A DNA stretch of 32,330 nucleotides from Prasinococcaceae sp. CCMP 1430 (GCA_013416795.1 RQSC01001240.1:72406-104735); one strand, 5' to 3'; shown: positions 1-11,007, counted from the first letter of the stretch. The notes: generated by a model from the sequence alone, not told the origin. A program made the numbers and translations.

Positions 1-1686
1 GCCGCCGGCGCCGAGGGCGGCAGCGCGTTCTCACTCGCACCTGCCGTGCCCGCCCTGGGCCCCGCCCCGCCGCGGCTGCTGGCCAGCAGGAGCTCGGACA
101 CGCAGGCGGGCGGGAGCGGCGGGTCGCCCGCGGCGACCCCGCGCATGGGCGCGCCGATGCAGCTCGCGCCCGGTGCGCACCCGCTCAGCTCGTCCAAGAC
201 CAAACGCAGGCTGCTCGACGCCGACGGCGGCGCGGCGCGCGCGAGCGACGACGGTGCGCTCGGCCTGGAGGCGTCCGACGACGACTCGTTCTCCGACGAC
301 GACGACCTGCACTCGCACCCCGAAGCGCCCGGCGGCGGCGGCGCGCATACCGACACGCCCTCGCCGCACGACTCGACGGGCGTCACCAGCGCGCGCACGC
401 GGCGCGGGCGCGGCGGGGCCAAGGGCGCCGAGGCGGGGGGTGGGGTCGGAGAAGGCGATGCGGGGCACGGCACCATGGCCGCCCCGCCCAACAGCTTCGG
501 CAAGCCTGCGCTCGTCACGCCGCTGCGGCCGAGCGAGGGAGCGCGAAGCGATGCCGAGGCGATGGCGGAGGGCGGTTCGGCGGCGCACGCGACTGCCCCC
601 GCGGGCTCCATGCTGGCGTTCGCGCTGACGTCGCCCTCGAGCGCTGCCAAGGACATCGCCAAGCGCTCCGCTGCGGAGGCCGCGCTCATAGCCGAGGGCC
701 GTGACAGGGAGCGCTCGCCGCCTCCCAAGCGCATGCGCCCCTCCGCCAGGGCCAAGGCCGCGGCCGCGGCGGCGGCCGCCGAGGCAGCGGCGGCGGCCGA
801 GCCGGCGGCCGGCGCGGCCGGCGCGGGGGCACGCCCACTCGCGGCCGGGGACGGTGCGGACGGCAGCCCCAAGCGCTCGCCGCATCGCTGCGTCGCAAAC
901 GCGGGCCCCGCGTGCACGAAACCCAACGAGAGCGGCCGTGGCAACACGCGCGCGGACGCCGCCGAGCTACGCGAAGTTCGCACGCCCGCGGACGCACCCG
1001 ACGCCAACAACATTCTGGACGGCTTCAAGTGGCGCAAGTACGGCCAGAAGATAGTGAAGGGCAACCCGTACCCCCGCTCGTACTACAAGTGCACCACGCC
1101 CGGCTGCGGGGTGCGCAAGTACGTCGAGCGCTGTGCGACGGACCCCAGCGTGGTGATCACAACCTACGAGGGCAACCACAACCATCCGCCGCCCGCGCCA
1201 CCCGAGAAGAAACCGGCTGGCAGCTCCAGGAGGTCCTCCAAGGGCAGGTCGTCCGGCGCGCGCAGGGATGCGGGGCTCGCGGCGGCGGCGCGGGTGGCTG
1301 CGGAGGCGCCGGGGGGGAGCCGGGCCGGGACAGGGGCCGCGCGCTCTGGCAGCAGGAAAGGCGGGGCGGGGGCGGCGAGCGGTGCAGCAGCCGGCTCCGC
1401 CGGCGGACCCAAGCGGTCGCGACCGCGCAAGCCCGCGCGGTTGTCGGCGCCGGTGGGGCCCGTGGCTGTGCCGGGCGCGACGCCGCGCGACATCACGCCC
1501 CGCCTCGAGGCCGCGCTCAGCCCGCGCTCGCGCGCCATCGCCCGCAAGGTGATGGAGATCGGCCTGCCTGACGCGGACGCCATCGCCGCGGAGGGGGACC
1601 TCGCAGGCGCGGGTGCGGTGCTTCCCACGCCCTCGGGCGACCTGCCTCTTCACTCGAGCGCGTTCGGCCCGCTCAGCACGCGGTGA
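1..1686 (+). CDS. WRKY: WRKY transcription factor, 5'-partial; one group I C-terminal/IIc-like WRKY domain at ~1018-1185
   Basis: The frame of ORF 46..1686 is open back to base 1 ([17 protein letters not shown]...), and position 46 is GTG, so the true start lies upstream. It contains [56 protein letters not shown], i.e. WRKYGQK (1030-1050) plus a C-X4-C-X23-H-X-H finger. Confidence 0.95.
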   Translation, partial: AAGAEGGSAFSLAPAVPALGPAPPRLLASRSSDTQAGGSGGSPAATPRMGAPMQLAPGAHPLSSSKTKRRLLDADGGAARASDDGALGLEASDDDSFSDDDDLHSHPEAPGGGGAHTDTPSPHDSTGVTSARTRRGRGGAKGAEAGGGVGEGDAGHGTMAAPPNSFGKPALVTPLRPSEGARSDAEAMAEGGSAAHATAPAGSMLAFALTSPSSAAKDIAKRSAAEAALIAEGRDRERSPPPKRMRPSARAKAAAAAAAAEAAAAAEPAAGAAGAGARPLAAGDGADGSPKRSPHRCVANAGPACTKPNESGRGNTRADAAELREVRTPADAPDANNILDGFKWRKYGQKIVKGNPYPRSYYKCTTPGCGVRKYVERCATDPSVVITTYEGNHNHPPPAPPEKKPAGSSRRSSKGRSSGARRDAGLAAAARVAAEAPGGSRAGTGAARSGSRKGGAGAASGAAAGSAGGPKRSRPRKPARLSAPVGPVAVPGATPRDITPRLEAALSPRSRAIARKVMEIGLPDADAIAAEGDLAGAGAVLPTPSGDLPLHSSAFGPLSTR

Positions 1687-1974
1687 GTGGCCGCGCGCGC
1701 GCGCGGCGGGCCCTGGGAGGCACGCGCAGCAAGAGCGGGGGCTGGCCGCGCCCCGCCCCGGCGCCCGGCAGACCAGGGCGGCGAGGGCGAGGAGGCTCGC
1801 GACACATTAGGATGAAGGCATTAGGACGACACACACACGCGGGCGGGCCGGGCGAGCGCCGGACCCGCCCGCCGCGGACCACTAGGGGTCGGGCAGCACA
1901 CGCGCGCGGGCGTCCCCTGCGCGCGTGCGCGCCGGCACGCGCGCGCTCGCTTTGGTAACGAGCGGCGCCGCATT

Positions 1975-2006
1975 AGGGAGGGAGGGAGGGAGGGAGGGAG
2001 GGAGGG
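1975..2006 (+). repeat. (AGGG)8 microsatellite, G-quadruplex-capable
   Basis: Eight consecutive AGGG units read directly, about 225 bp upstream of the ZIP4 ATG. Confidence 0.9.
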
Positions 2007-2229
2007 GGGCGGCGGGCGCCGGCCCAGGGCGGGGGACGACGCGCGCAGCGGCGACTGAGAGGCGCCGCGAGGTCCTCCGGAGGGAGGTCGGGGGGGAAGG
2101 AGGGGGCGCCCGCAGGCGTTGCCATCTGGCGGGCGGTTTGGGGCCACGCTGCTGCGTTTTTTCGAACGGCGCCCCGAGCCGTGCCTGTTTTTTTTCCGCG
2201 CTCGCCCTCACATCGTCACCGCCAACGGC

Positions 2230-5200
2230 ATGGCCTACGGGATGGGGATCCAAGCGGGGGTAGGGGGCGACATCGCGGACCGCCGCGGGGAGCCTTCGCA
2301 GGAGAACGAGGGAGGCGGCGAGTGCAACTCGGGCGGGGACGTCGCGGCGTCGAGTGGGCAGCTCCTCGCCGCCGTCGAGGACGCGCTCGCGAGGCTCGAG
2401 GCCACGGCGCCGCTTGCGGCGCCGCTCGCAGCTGGCGGAGCGGGCGCGAGTGGGAGGCCAGATGGTGGTCCCGCTGGCCACTCTTCGGCGCGCGCGGCGG
2501 CGGCCGAGGGGCTCGCCACTGCGGCGGCGGCCTTGCTTGCGGCAGCCCGTCAAAGCATGGTGAGTTTTGCTTGCTTTTACGAACGACGCACGAATGCGTG
2601 CCGCGCGTGCGGGTGTTCGAGCTCGTTCGTTGCGCTCGCGCGTTCGAGCATGGCGCGCTTGCCCTCTTTGGACGCAGTCACTGGCACTCCTCGCGCGCGC
2701 GCGGCCGTGCGTGCCTTACAGCATCGATCGTCCTCTCTCCGGCGTTGCTCCTGCCGCTCCGCCCAGTGTTCTCAGCGGTATGGCTAACACGATCGCGCCC
2801 TTCTGACGTCGTCAAATGTCGCCCGTCGCGGCTGCCCTCAACATTTAGGGCGGCGTGCTACCCCACTCCGACCGCGTGCGTGCGTGGCGCGCTGCCTTTC
2901 GTGGCTGGAACAACTGCGTGGGCGTGTCCAATTCGTCGCTCTCGGCACGGCTTTCCTCAACCGGCACAGCGCATGGCGATGCTGGATCCTCGGATTTGCA
3001 AGTAGGCTCAGCTGCCGTGCGCCTTCCTGAGGCCACGGCTCGCCGCGCCTGCGCCGACGTCGCCCGCGCGGCTGGCCCAGACTGCCCCGACATTCCCGAC
3101 ACGCGCATGAAGCTCACATCCATGTACACCACGAGCGGCGCTCTGTACATGGCTCTGTCACCGCCAGACCCCGAGCAGGCCGAGGTGTGTTTCGAGCTCG
3201 CCACAGGTTATTCCAAAGGGGTGGATGGCGTGTCTGCTGACGGCGCGAGCGCCGGCACGCTGGTGAGCCTTTTCTGTGAGCGAGCGGCGTGCGCGGCGCA
3301 GCTGGGGTCGGTCGCGCTAGCCGCAAACTTGCTTGGAAGGGGGGGCGCTCTCTTGGAGAGCAGGGGCCCGAGGGCAGATGACGCAACGCTACACGAGATA
3401 AGCGTCACCGCCGCGTACATCAACGTTGGCAAAATCGTGTACCAGCAGGCCGCCGCTGCTGCCGGGGGCGTCACGGTCTGCGGACCTGGTGCCAACGGTG
3501 CGAATGACGAGGCTGCAGACGTGGACAACCTCGGCGCCGCAGGATCAAGCACCGCGGCAGAAGAGTCACTTGCGTTCTTCGAGCGCGCGTACGACCTAGC
3601 GATGCGTGCCAGCGCTGCGCGAGCTGCACGCGCTGGCGACGGAGTACCGCCGGCAAACATCGCTGAGGACCTGGACGGCGAGGAAGGCACTCTTGCGCAG
3701 GACGAAGGCGCTCGCGCCCGCGCGCTCGAGCGGCAGGAGGCACTGGCGCGAGAGGAGATGGCCGTGCTCGAGCGCAGCACGTTGCGGTGCCTCGCGTGCC
3801 TCCACACTCAGCTCGGGCGCAACGACGCGGCGTTGCGCTGCATCTCAGCGCTGCGTCAGCTCAGCAGCTGCAGTGACTCAGCGGGCCGAAACATCGAACG
3901 CAGCGGCGACGGCGACGGCGCGGTCGGCGAGAAGAAGGGCGAACCCGAGGCCATCGTCTCGCTGCTCTCCGTTCGCGCTCTGGCCGGATTGTCGCGCATG
4001 GATGAGGCCGAGGCCGCTGCCATGGACCTGGTGTCGATGCCCTCTGCACCCACGTCAATGGGCTGGCAGGCCGTATCCATCATGATCCACTCGGGGCGAT
4101 TCAAGGGGGCTTTGCGCGCGCTCGATGCTCTCGAGACGGCACACAAAGACGAAGTGGCGGAGCTGGTCGCCGCCTGCGTGGAGGCGCTGCTGAAAGAAGA
4201 AGAGAGCGCAGCGAAAGGGGGCGGACCTTCCGGCGGCGCAGGCGAGCTCGCCGCGGACGTCGCATCGCAGCCGCACCGCATCACAGCGATCGCAGATGCG
4301 TCGACTGCCGCAGCGCTAGCGGTGCGGCGCAACGCGCGACCGAGCGCGAACGCAAGGCACGGCCCAGGGGGGCAGGCGAGCAACCACACCTCGTTGACCC
4401 CAGCAGAGGTCATGTGGCTCGTCTTGTGGAACGGCGCCTCGGGAGCGTTCGAGCGGAAGGACTACCCGCTCGCGATGCAGCTCTTTGAAGTCGCGGATCA
4501 CTACGCGGGGGCAGGAGATCAGGGCCCGTCCCGCCGGGCCGATGGCTTCCGCGCCCGGGCCCTGTGTGCTGTGTGCACCAAGCAGCACGTCGTCGCAAGC
4601 GAGTGCCTTGAGCGAGCCGAGTCTCTAGCGCCGCGTCGCGTGACCACAGGATTCCTTGCCGCCAAGGTCGCGATCGAACGAGCTGACCACGGGGCTGCCC
4701 GCCGCGCTCTGCCGCAGATTTGCGGGGCCGACGATTTTGATGCGGCCTTCCTCACGCTCGTTGCACACGAGGCCATGCACGCCGACCAAGCGGGCGTGGC
4801 TGCGGACGCGCTCGAGTCGCTGCTCGCGAGCGTGCAGCGTACGGGCAGCGTGGGCGGCGACACGAGCGGCGGCCCCTCAGAAGTCGCGGTGCTTCGCAAT
4901 CTGATTGAAATGATCTGCGTGGCTGGCGAACGCCACGACAGTGATGCAGTAGCAACTGATGCTGGCGGGGGCAGCGCCGGCGCGGGAGGCGGCGACGATT
5001 GGATGGCGCGCGTCCTGGCGCACTTGGAGCAGGCTCTCGCGCGCGTGCGCGAGCTCGGATTCCGGCGCTTCTTTGGGTGCAGTGCAGGTAGCGCTGCGGG
5101 CGACAATGCCAGCAATGATGAATCTACGGCGAACGCTGAGGCTGCTTGGTTTGCCAACAAGGCGTGGGCACTAGCACGCAAAGCCTCCGAACGCGATCGG

Positions 5201-6196
5201 GCATGGGCGCGCTCATCGAAGCTCTTTGCACTCGCTGGAGACATGCTTACAGCGATGCCAGAAGATGCGAATCGCTTGCGCGACGCACACGCAGCATTTC
5301 TGCTCGCAGCAGCTGCTGCACTGCAAGCGCATGGCGCTGCCACGGGCAGAGCGCGCGCTCGGACCTCGTCATCCGCCAGACTGGGCGAGCCTACGGCGCC
5401 CGCAGGGGACGGTGACACATTGGCGGCCACGAACATCGCAAACGCGCGAGGCCTCATGGACAAGGCTAGGCGCGTGGCAACTCGAGCCGGCGAGTTGCCG
5501 CAGCCTGCCATCAACGCCTCAGCAACGGGCGCGATCACGCCGCTCGACACGGAGGAGCTTGCGCGCAGCGCAGCCATGCTCGACTTCGAAATCGCCGCAT
5601 GCGACGTGAGCGCAATGGACACGGGAGGCGCGGCAGCTAAAGCTCGCACCACCCGCATGCGTGCTGCCCTTGCCGCAGCGAGCGAGCGCGGGCGTGCCGC
5701 CGACGCCGACGCGCTGCTCGCGATGGCTGCGTTGGTCACGCGCGGGGACGCTCGCGCCCCTGATGTTGCGGTGATCGCATGGCGCAAGGCGATCGACCTA
5801 CTGCTACGCAAGCCGTCGCCCGACTACTCGCAACTTGCATCAGCCTACCGGAACCTCATTGACCTGAGCCTCTCATCCATGGACGAGAGTGGCGCTCTTG
5901 CGGCGTGCCGCGAGGCTACGCGCGCCGCTGCCAGCGCACGGTCGGAGGACACCTGGCCCAGTGAGGAGCTCGAATGGCTCGCGGTGCGCTCGTGGAATTA
6001 CGGCGTGGGCGCACGCGTCATGGGCCGCGACTGCACTGCCAAAGACTGGCAAGGCGCCGCCATTGCCGTCGTTGAGCGCTCGAGCGTTCTTGAGGCTCGC
6101 TTCGGCGACTCGATGCGCAGCCACTACATGGACTTACTTTCAGAACTCGGCCAAGACGCCGCGGCCACCAACGCGGCCGCTCCGATGGAAACGTGA
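2230..6196 (+). CDS. ZIP4: Meiotic ZMM TPR protein ZIP4/SPO22/TEX11; join(2230..2559,2849..6196), ~1225 aa
   Basis: Splicing 2560..2848 joins ...RQSM to GGVLPHSDRVRAWRAAFRGWNNCV in frame, which resembles the plant ZIP4 N-terminal W..SFRLWNACV motif. The C-terminus WPSEELEWLAVRSWNYGV...AKDWQGAAI...MRSHYMDLL resembles the TEX11/ZIP4 C-terminal helices. The body is helical and TPR-like. The start ATG is inferred. Confidence 0.88.
2560..2848 (+). other. Spliceosomal intron of ZIP4 (289 bp, phase 0)
   Basis: Donor GTGAGT at 2560, CTGAC at 2803-2807, acceptor TTTAG ending 2848. Removal restores the reading frame. Confidence 0.85.
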
Positions 6197-6710
6197 AAAC
6201 CGCGCATGCAAGCGATCTTTCGCTACAGGATCGCGATTCGCCGCGGCATAGGACAGAGACCAGTGGCAGTCACACCGCACCTGAGACGCACGCCCCACGC
6301 AAAGACACTTCACACGGGCAATTTGGGCACAGGCCTTTCGCAAGGCACAACTCCAAAGCAATGGCAACCACGACACCATCAAAGCGTACCTACCCCGCAT
6401 GTCTTTCTACTGTTGACCAAGCACACATCTGCACTCATCACAGTCACAGCTGGCGACGACAGAACGTGCACGCACCGTGCACCTCAACCGTTCTCGCCAA
6501 GCGCCTGCATCTCCTCATCATCACCATGTCATGGCGATGGCACATTACTATCGCGCGTGGGACGTGCGAGAGAGCGCATTCACGGGGCCCGTAGCAACCG
6601 TTCCCTGCGCGAAGAATTGTCATGCACGTTGCCTCCTCGCATCACGCGCACGGCGCTGTCGACCACCCGGTCACACGCGTGCCGCCCACATTCTCTTTTA
6701 CTCGGCGCCG

Positions 6711-7583
6711 CTATTGCGGCGCCCTCTTGCGTTTCTTTTTCCGCTGCATCGACCCGTACTCCGCCTCCTCCCGCGAGCACCGTTGGCAAGCGCACAGAAA
6801 GGCGTACTCTTTGCGCAGCTTCTCGCGTCGTTCCGCGAGAGGCCTGCTGATGTCGATGTACGCGATGGTGAGCTCCTCGCCCTCGTCGACCTCACGAGTT
6901 GTGCGCACCTCGAGTGCGGCGCCTGCGGCCAGGTCGAAACGAACGGCGCACGAGGGCTCGCACGAGTGGTTGAGCAGCGCCGCAGACGGGTACAGGCCCA
7001 CGCCCACGGTCCGGCCCTGCGCGTGCGCGAGTGCGCCGGGCGCGTTGCGGCCGCCGCCCTCGCCTCTGCCGCTCGCCGCGTCCTCGGTGATTGCGAACGT
7101 GTTGAATTGCAGCTGGCCCGCCAGGCGCTCCCACTCGCACAGCGGCGCGCGGAACGCCGCCGGCGCGGCGAAGCGCGCCTGCGCTGCGATGGACGCTATT
7201 GCGCTCGCTTTGGAGTCCTCGAGGCATTCCACATCGACTTCCTCCACCCCCACCAGGGCTTCGGCGGCCTCGGCCTCGTCGACGATCACGTCGGTGCCGC
7301 CGTCCGCTGGCACGACCGGCGGGGCGAGCGCCCAGTCGTCGTCGCCCCCACCCCCTTCGCCGCGCATGACGCCCATGGCGCGCACGAGCAGCAGCATGCA
7401 TCCGTGGCCGAGGTGCAGGCCGCCCGCGGCCGCGGTGCTGCGCGACGGTCGCCGCTGCTTTCGCCTCTCGACCGACCCCGCGCCTGCGCCGCTGAGCAGG
7501 GCCCACGCCGCGCATTCACGCTCGTGCAGGCTCGCGCAGCGCGGTGCGCCGCACGTGCGCGCGGCGCCGCAGGCAGCGCACGC
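6711..7583 (-). CDS. SMYD-type SET domain protein (split SET with MYND finger, post-SET CxCxxC); 5' part lies in the assembly gap
   Basis: GLYPSAALLNHSCEPSC (NHSC at 6971-6960), EELTIAYID, RREKLRKEYAFLCACQRC. The Cys/His cluster ACAACGAARTCGAPRCASLHEREC adjoins the gap. Basic C-terminal tail RKKKRKR. Confidence 0.9.
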   Translation of the reverse strand, partial: ACAACGAARTCGAPRCASLHERECAAWALLSGAGAGSVERRKQRRPSRSTAAAGGLHLGHGCMLLLVRAMGVMRGEGGGGDDDWALAPPVVPADGGTDVIVDEAEAAEALVGVEEVDVECLEDSKASAIASIAAQARFAAPAAFRAPLCEWERLAGQLQFNTFAITEDAASGRGEGGGRNAPGALAHAQGRTVGVGLYPSAALLNHSCEPSCAVRFDLAAGAALEVRTTREVDEGEELTIAYIDISRPLAERREKLRKEYAFLCACQRCSREEAEYGSMQRKKKRKRAPQ

Positions 7584-7956
7584 NNNNNNNNNNNNNNNNN
7601 NNNNNNNNNNNNNNNNNNNNNNNNNNNNNNNNNNNNNNNNNNNNNNNNNNNNNNNNNNNNNNNNNNNNNNNNNNNNNNNNNNNNNNNNNNNNNNNNNNNN
7701 NNNNNNNNNNNNNNNNNNNNNNNNNNNNNNNNNNNNNNNNNNNNNNNNNNNNNNNNNNNNNNNNNNNNNNNNNNNNNNNNNNNNNNNNNNNNNNNNNNNN
7801 NNNNNNNNNNNNNNNNNNNNNNNNNNNNNNNNNNNNNNNNNNNNNNNNNNNNNNNNNNNNNNNNNNNNNNNNNNNNNNNNNNNNNNNNNNNNNNNNNNNN
7901 NNNNNNNNNNNNNNNNNNNNNNNNNNNNNNNNNNNNNNNNNNNNNNNNNNNNNNNN
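7584..7956. other. Assembly gap (373 N)
   Basis: Run of N bases. Confidence 1.
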
Positions 7957-8196
7957 GTCGCGGCCGCGCCGCGCCGCGCCGGGGTTCCGGCCGGGCCGAA
8001 CGCGCGCGCGAACGCGCGCGCATTTGCGCGACCAACCCACCCCCCAATTCCAATTCGCAATTTGCAAACGGTGTTGTACAATGTACATACAGGCAGGGTT
8101 GCATCGGTGGTCGGTCGGTCGGCGGGGCAAAATTAAAATTGGGATCGGGAATCGCAGACAATTGCCAATTGCCAATGAATTGGTGGTCTAAAAGGT

Positions 8197-8964
8197 ATGG
8201 AGTTTCGCATGGGCTTTTTTGATCCGCTGTTGGGTTGGTTGGCGCGTGTGGCGCGCGCGCGCCGCGGGCCCTCGCCTTTCGCTTGCTTGTCGGACCTCCT
8301 GCGGCCAGGCTGGCCTACCCAGGCCGCGCGGCGCGACGGCCTCACCGCGGTCGTCGGCGCGGAGGGGGACGCCGGCCCCGCCCCGGCGGGCACGCGCGAG
8401 TTCGAGCCGCAGGCGGACGCAGGGGCGACCTCCTCGTTCCTGCTGATCGCGGGCATGTGGCTGCTGCTGCGCTCGCGCGTCGGCGCGGCCGTGCGCGCGC
8501 GAGAGGAGCGCGAGAAGGAGCTCGAGGCGCTCCGGAGGGCCAAGGTCGCGCAGCTGGAGGGAGATGGCGAGAAGGCGGGGGTGGCCGCCATCGCCGCACG
8601 CGTGGCGGAGCTCGAGGCGGAAGAGGAGGACGCGCGCACGCTGCTGGACGTCGCGGGCATCACCCTGCGCTTCGTCACGCCGCGCGCGTTGGGCACGCCC
8701 GTGGCCGACCTCGACTCCGCCGAAGACTCGCGCGAGGCCGGCAGGAGGAGGCGCGAGGGCGACGGCCGGGGTGCGCGCCCGGGCACGCCCGCCGACAACC
8801 GCGCGCGTGGCGCCGCCGGCGAGGGCGACAGCTCGCGTGCGGGCGACTCAGCGGGCTGGCCGCTCTCCGTCACTCTGCTGGTCGCCCTTGTCTTTGCGGC
8901 GCTCGTGCCACTGCTGGTGGGGCTCACGGTGAGCGACCCCATGGGCGGAGCGTCGATGAGATAG
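8197..8964 (+). CDS. Hypothetical membrane protein: two hydrophobic helices flanking a charged coiled-coil; start uncertain (8197 or 8209)
   Basis: GC3-rich coding-like frame from ~8323. TM-like SSFLLIAGMWLLL and WPLSVTLLVALVFAALVPLLVGLTV flank the charged helix AREEREKELEALRRAKVAQLEG...ELEAEEEDAR. No family recognised with confidence. Confidence 0.7.
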   Translation: MEFRMGFFDPLLGWLARVARARRGPSPFACLSDLLRPGWPTQAARRDGLTAVVGAEGDAGPAPAGTREFEPQADAGATSSFLLIAGMWLLLRSRVGAAVRAREEREKELEALRRAKVAQLEGDGEKAGVAAIAARVAELEAEEEDARTLLDVAGITLRFVTPRALGTPVADLDSAEDSREAGRRRREGDGRGARPGTPADNRARGAAGEGDSSRAGDSAGWPLSVTLLVALVFAALVPLLVGLTVSDPMGGASMR

Positions 8965-8991
8965 CCGACGCATGTATCGATGAATTGTACT

Positions 8992-8996
8992 TTACA
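8992..8996 (-). terminator. TGTAA polyadenylation-type signal of the monooxygenase gene
   Basis: Plus-strand TTACA, 48 nt past the TGA at 9046-9044. UGUAA is the known green-algal signal. Confidence 0.55.
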
Positions 8997-9043
8997 CGTT
9001 GAGGACGCCGCCCTTCCTCGCCGCGCCGCCGCGCCGCGACGAC

Positions 9044-10668
9044 TCAGACAACGCCCGCTGGCTTCTCCTTATCGCCGCCCCCTTGCGCCTTGGCCTCACG
9101 GTCGATCGCCCACGCGACCCACTTGTTTTGCTCCAGGATGGTCGTGTACGGGACGAGGGTCTGCGTGAGCTGCGTCTGCACGCCGGGAGCGACGCGCGCG
9201 CTCAGTCGCGGCCCGACAGCGCGGTACAGGGAGTTGAGAGCGAACACAGCAGCGGACAGAACACCTCGCGGTCGGAGCTCGAGGAGCTTCAGAAGCGCGG
9301 CACCTACGAGAGCGCGCATCGGTCAGCGGTCGGCGAACACTCGATGGGGCGCCGCCTGGGCGAGGCGCACGCGCAGGGCGACGCCGTCGCGACTCGCCAT
9401 CGCGGCGCGCGCGCACCTTGCGGGGCCTGCGCCGCCGAATACTCGCGGGCCGCGGAGCATACGTCGCCTCCCGATTCGCCCAGTCGGCAGAGCGCCTCGG
9501 AGAGGGCTTTGGCGTCTTGGAGGGCGCTGTTCGCCCCCTGACCGAGGGTGCCCCCCGTCGAGTGGGCAGCGTCGCCCAAAAGCACGGCAGCGCTCCCTGC
9601 GCGCTCGTTGGTGTACGCGTACGAGTCGCAGCTGACTATGGCTGAGCGAGTAGGCTTCTGAGCGACCACCGAGTTCGCGCTCTCTAGGGAGACGGCGCCG
9701 TATGACGGGAAGCGCTCGGCGATCAGTTCGCTGAGCTCGCGGCCATCTTCGCACGCAAGGAGATCACTGGGAGCGCTCTCATCCTCCCAGCTGACGAGTG
9801 TGCAGGTGTTGCCACCTGGCGCTGGGATGGAGAAGAGGCCAAATTTGCCTTTCGCCTTGTCCTTGTCATCCTTGGCGTAGCGCCCCCCGAAGGCGTGCAC
9901 CGCGTCTGGCTCAAGCCCAGACGGCATAGGGCCGTGGATGACCTTGAGCCCCCCCTTCAACTCGCGCGTGGCCGCCTCGCACGCACCGGCGTCTTGCATC
10001 GCCTGGCGCACACGCGAGCGCACGCCATCGGCCCCAACGAGCAGGTCGTACGCGTGCTCCTGCGTGCTGCCATTCGCGTAAGCCACCTCCACGTTCGAGG
10101 ACTCGAGATCTACGGAGGCAATCTGAGACTCGAACTCCAGCGAGACACGCCCGCCGTCCCCACCGAAGCGCTCGCGCAGCTCTCGGGCGAGCACTCCGCA
10201 CAGCACGCCGCGGTTGATGAGCAAGCTAGGGGGCACCCCGTCGGCGGCCTTCTGCCTTATGTTGAAGCGGCGAGTGTCCGTGGCGTGGATGAAGAAGCGG
10301 TCGGACGCGACGCCCTCGGAGTACACGGCGTCCCACAAGCCCGCGCTCGTAAGCGCGTCGCGCCCGCGCGCCCCCAGACCGATCGAGTATTGGCGGCCGG
10401 AGGCCGCGCTCGCGTCGGCAGACCAGTCGGGCCGGCGTTCGAATACGCTCACTCGCGCGGTTGGATCGCGTGCGAGGATGTCATGCGCCACGAGGAGGCC
10501 CGCGGGCCCACCGCCGGCCACCACGACGCGCAGGCCGCCATCGCGCTCGCCGCTCGCCGTCGCATCCTCGGCGGCTGCGCGAGGCTGTGCGCGCCGCACC
10601 GCCACGCGCGCCAAGCGCGGAGCGCGCGCCGAGCGCGCCGCCGGCGCATGGCCTGCTAGCACGGCCAT
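9044..10668 (-). CDS. FAD-dependent monooxygenase, kynurenine 3-monooxygenase-like, probable plastid transit peptide; complement(join(9044..9303,9417..10668)), ~503 aa
   Basis: Motifs VVVAGGGPAGL (GxGxxG), LLVGADGVRS, LLGDAAH and GQGANSALQD. Splicing 9416..9304 gives YSAAQAPQ-G-AALLKLLELRPRG and recruits the small 9044..9319 ORF as exon 2. The N-terminus MAVLAGHAPAARSARAPRLARVAVRRA is Ala/Arg-rich and lacks acidic residues. Confidence 0.88.
9304..9416 (-). other. Spliceosomal intron (113 bp, phase 1)
   Basis: Minus-strand donor GTGCGC at 9416, CTGAC at 9326-9322, acceptor CGTAG ending 9304. This acceptor TAG is the in-frame stop of the unspliced ORF. Confidence 0.88.
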
Positions 10669-11007
10669 CGTTTGCCCTGCGCGAGCCCTGCGCCCGACGC
10701 CAGTCGCCCGCCGTGTGCCTACCCTGACCCCCTGACTCCCTGACCCCTCCCCCCCCAGCGCAGGGCGGCGCACCGGAGGGCGCCCTGTCCGATCCGCTCG
10801 GGCACGCCCTGCGCGCGAACCCTCCCCAAACCCCTAAAACCAGCTCAGAACGCGAGCTCGCGCGTGCCGCCACACCGTTGGCGTTGACGCTCGGCGCCGC
10901 TCTGTCTGTGCCAAGTGGCAGCGCCTAGCGCCCTCCTCTCGCGCGCACGCGGCCGGGCGGTCGCCTGAGAAGATGGGCATGGGTGTGCTTCTTATTAAGG
11001 CGGCGCG

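Noticed and set aside
8195-8322. Possible 128-bp intron (GTATGG...CCAG) at the 5' end of the two-TM gene
   Set aside because: The donor is atypical for this window, there is no CTGAC branch motif, and joining to the upstream ATG at 8175 is out of frame.
9044-9319. 91-aa minus-strand ORF as an independent gene
   Set aside because: It is exon 2 of the monooxygenase; its ATG lies inside the intron.
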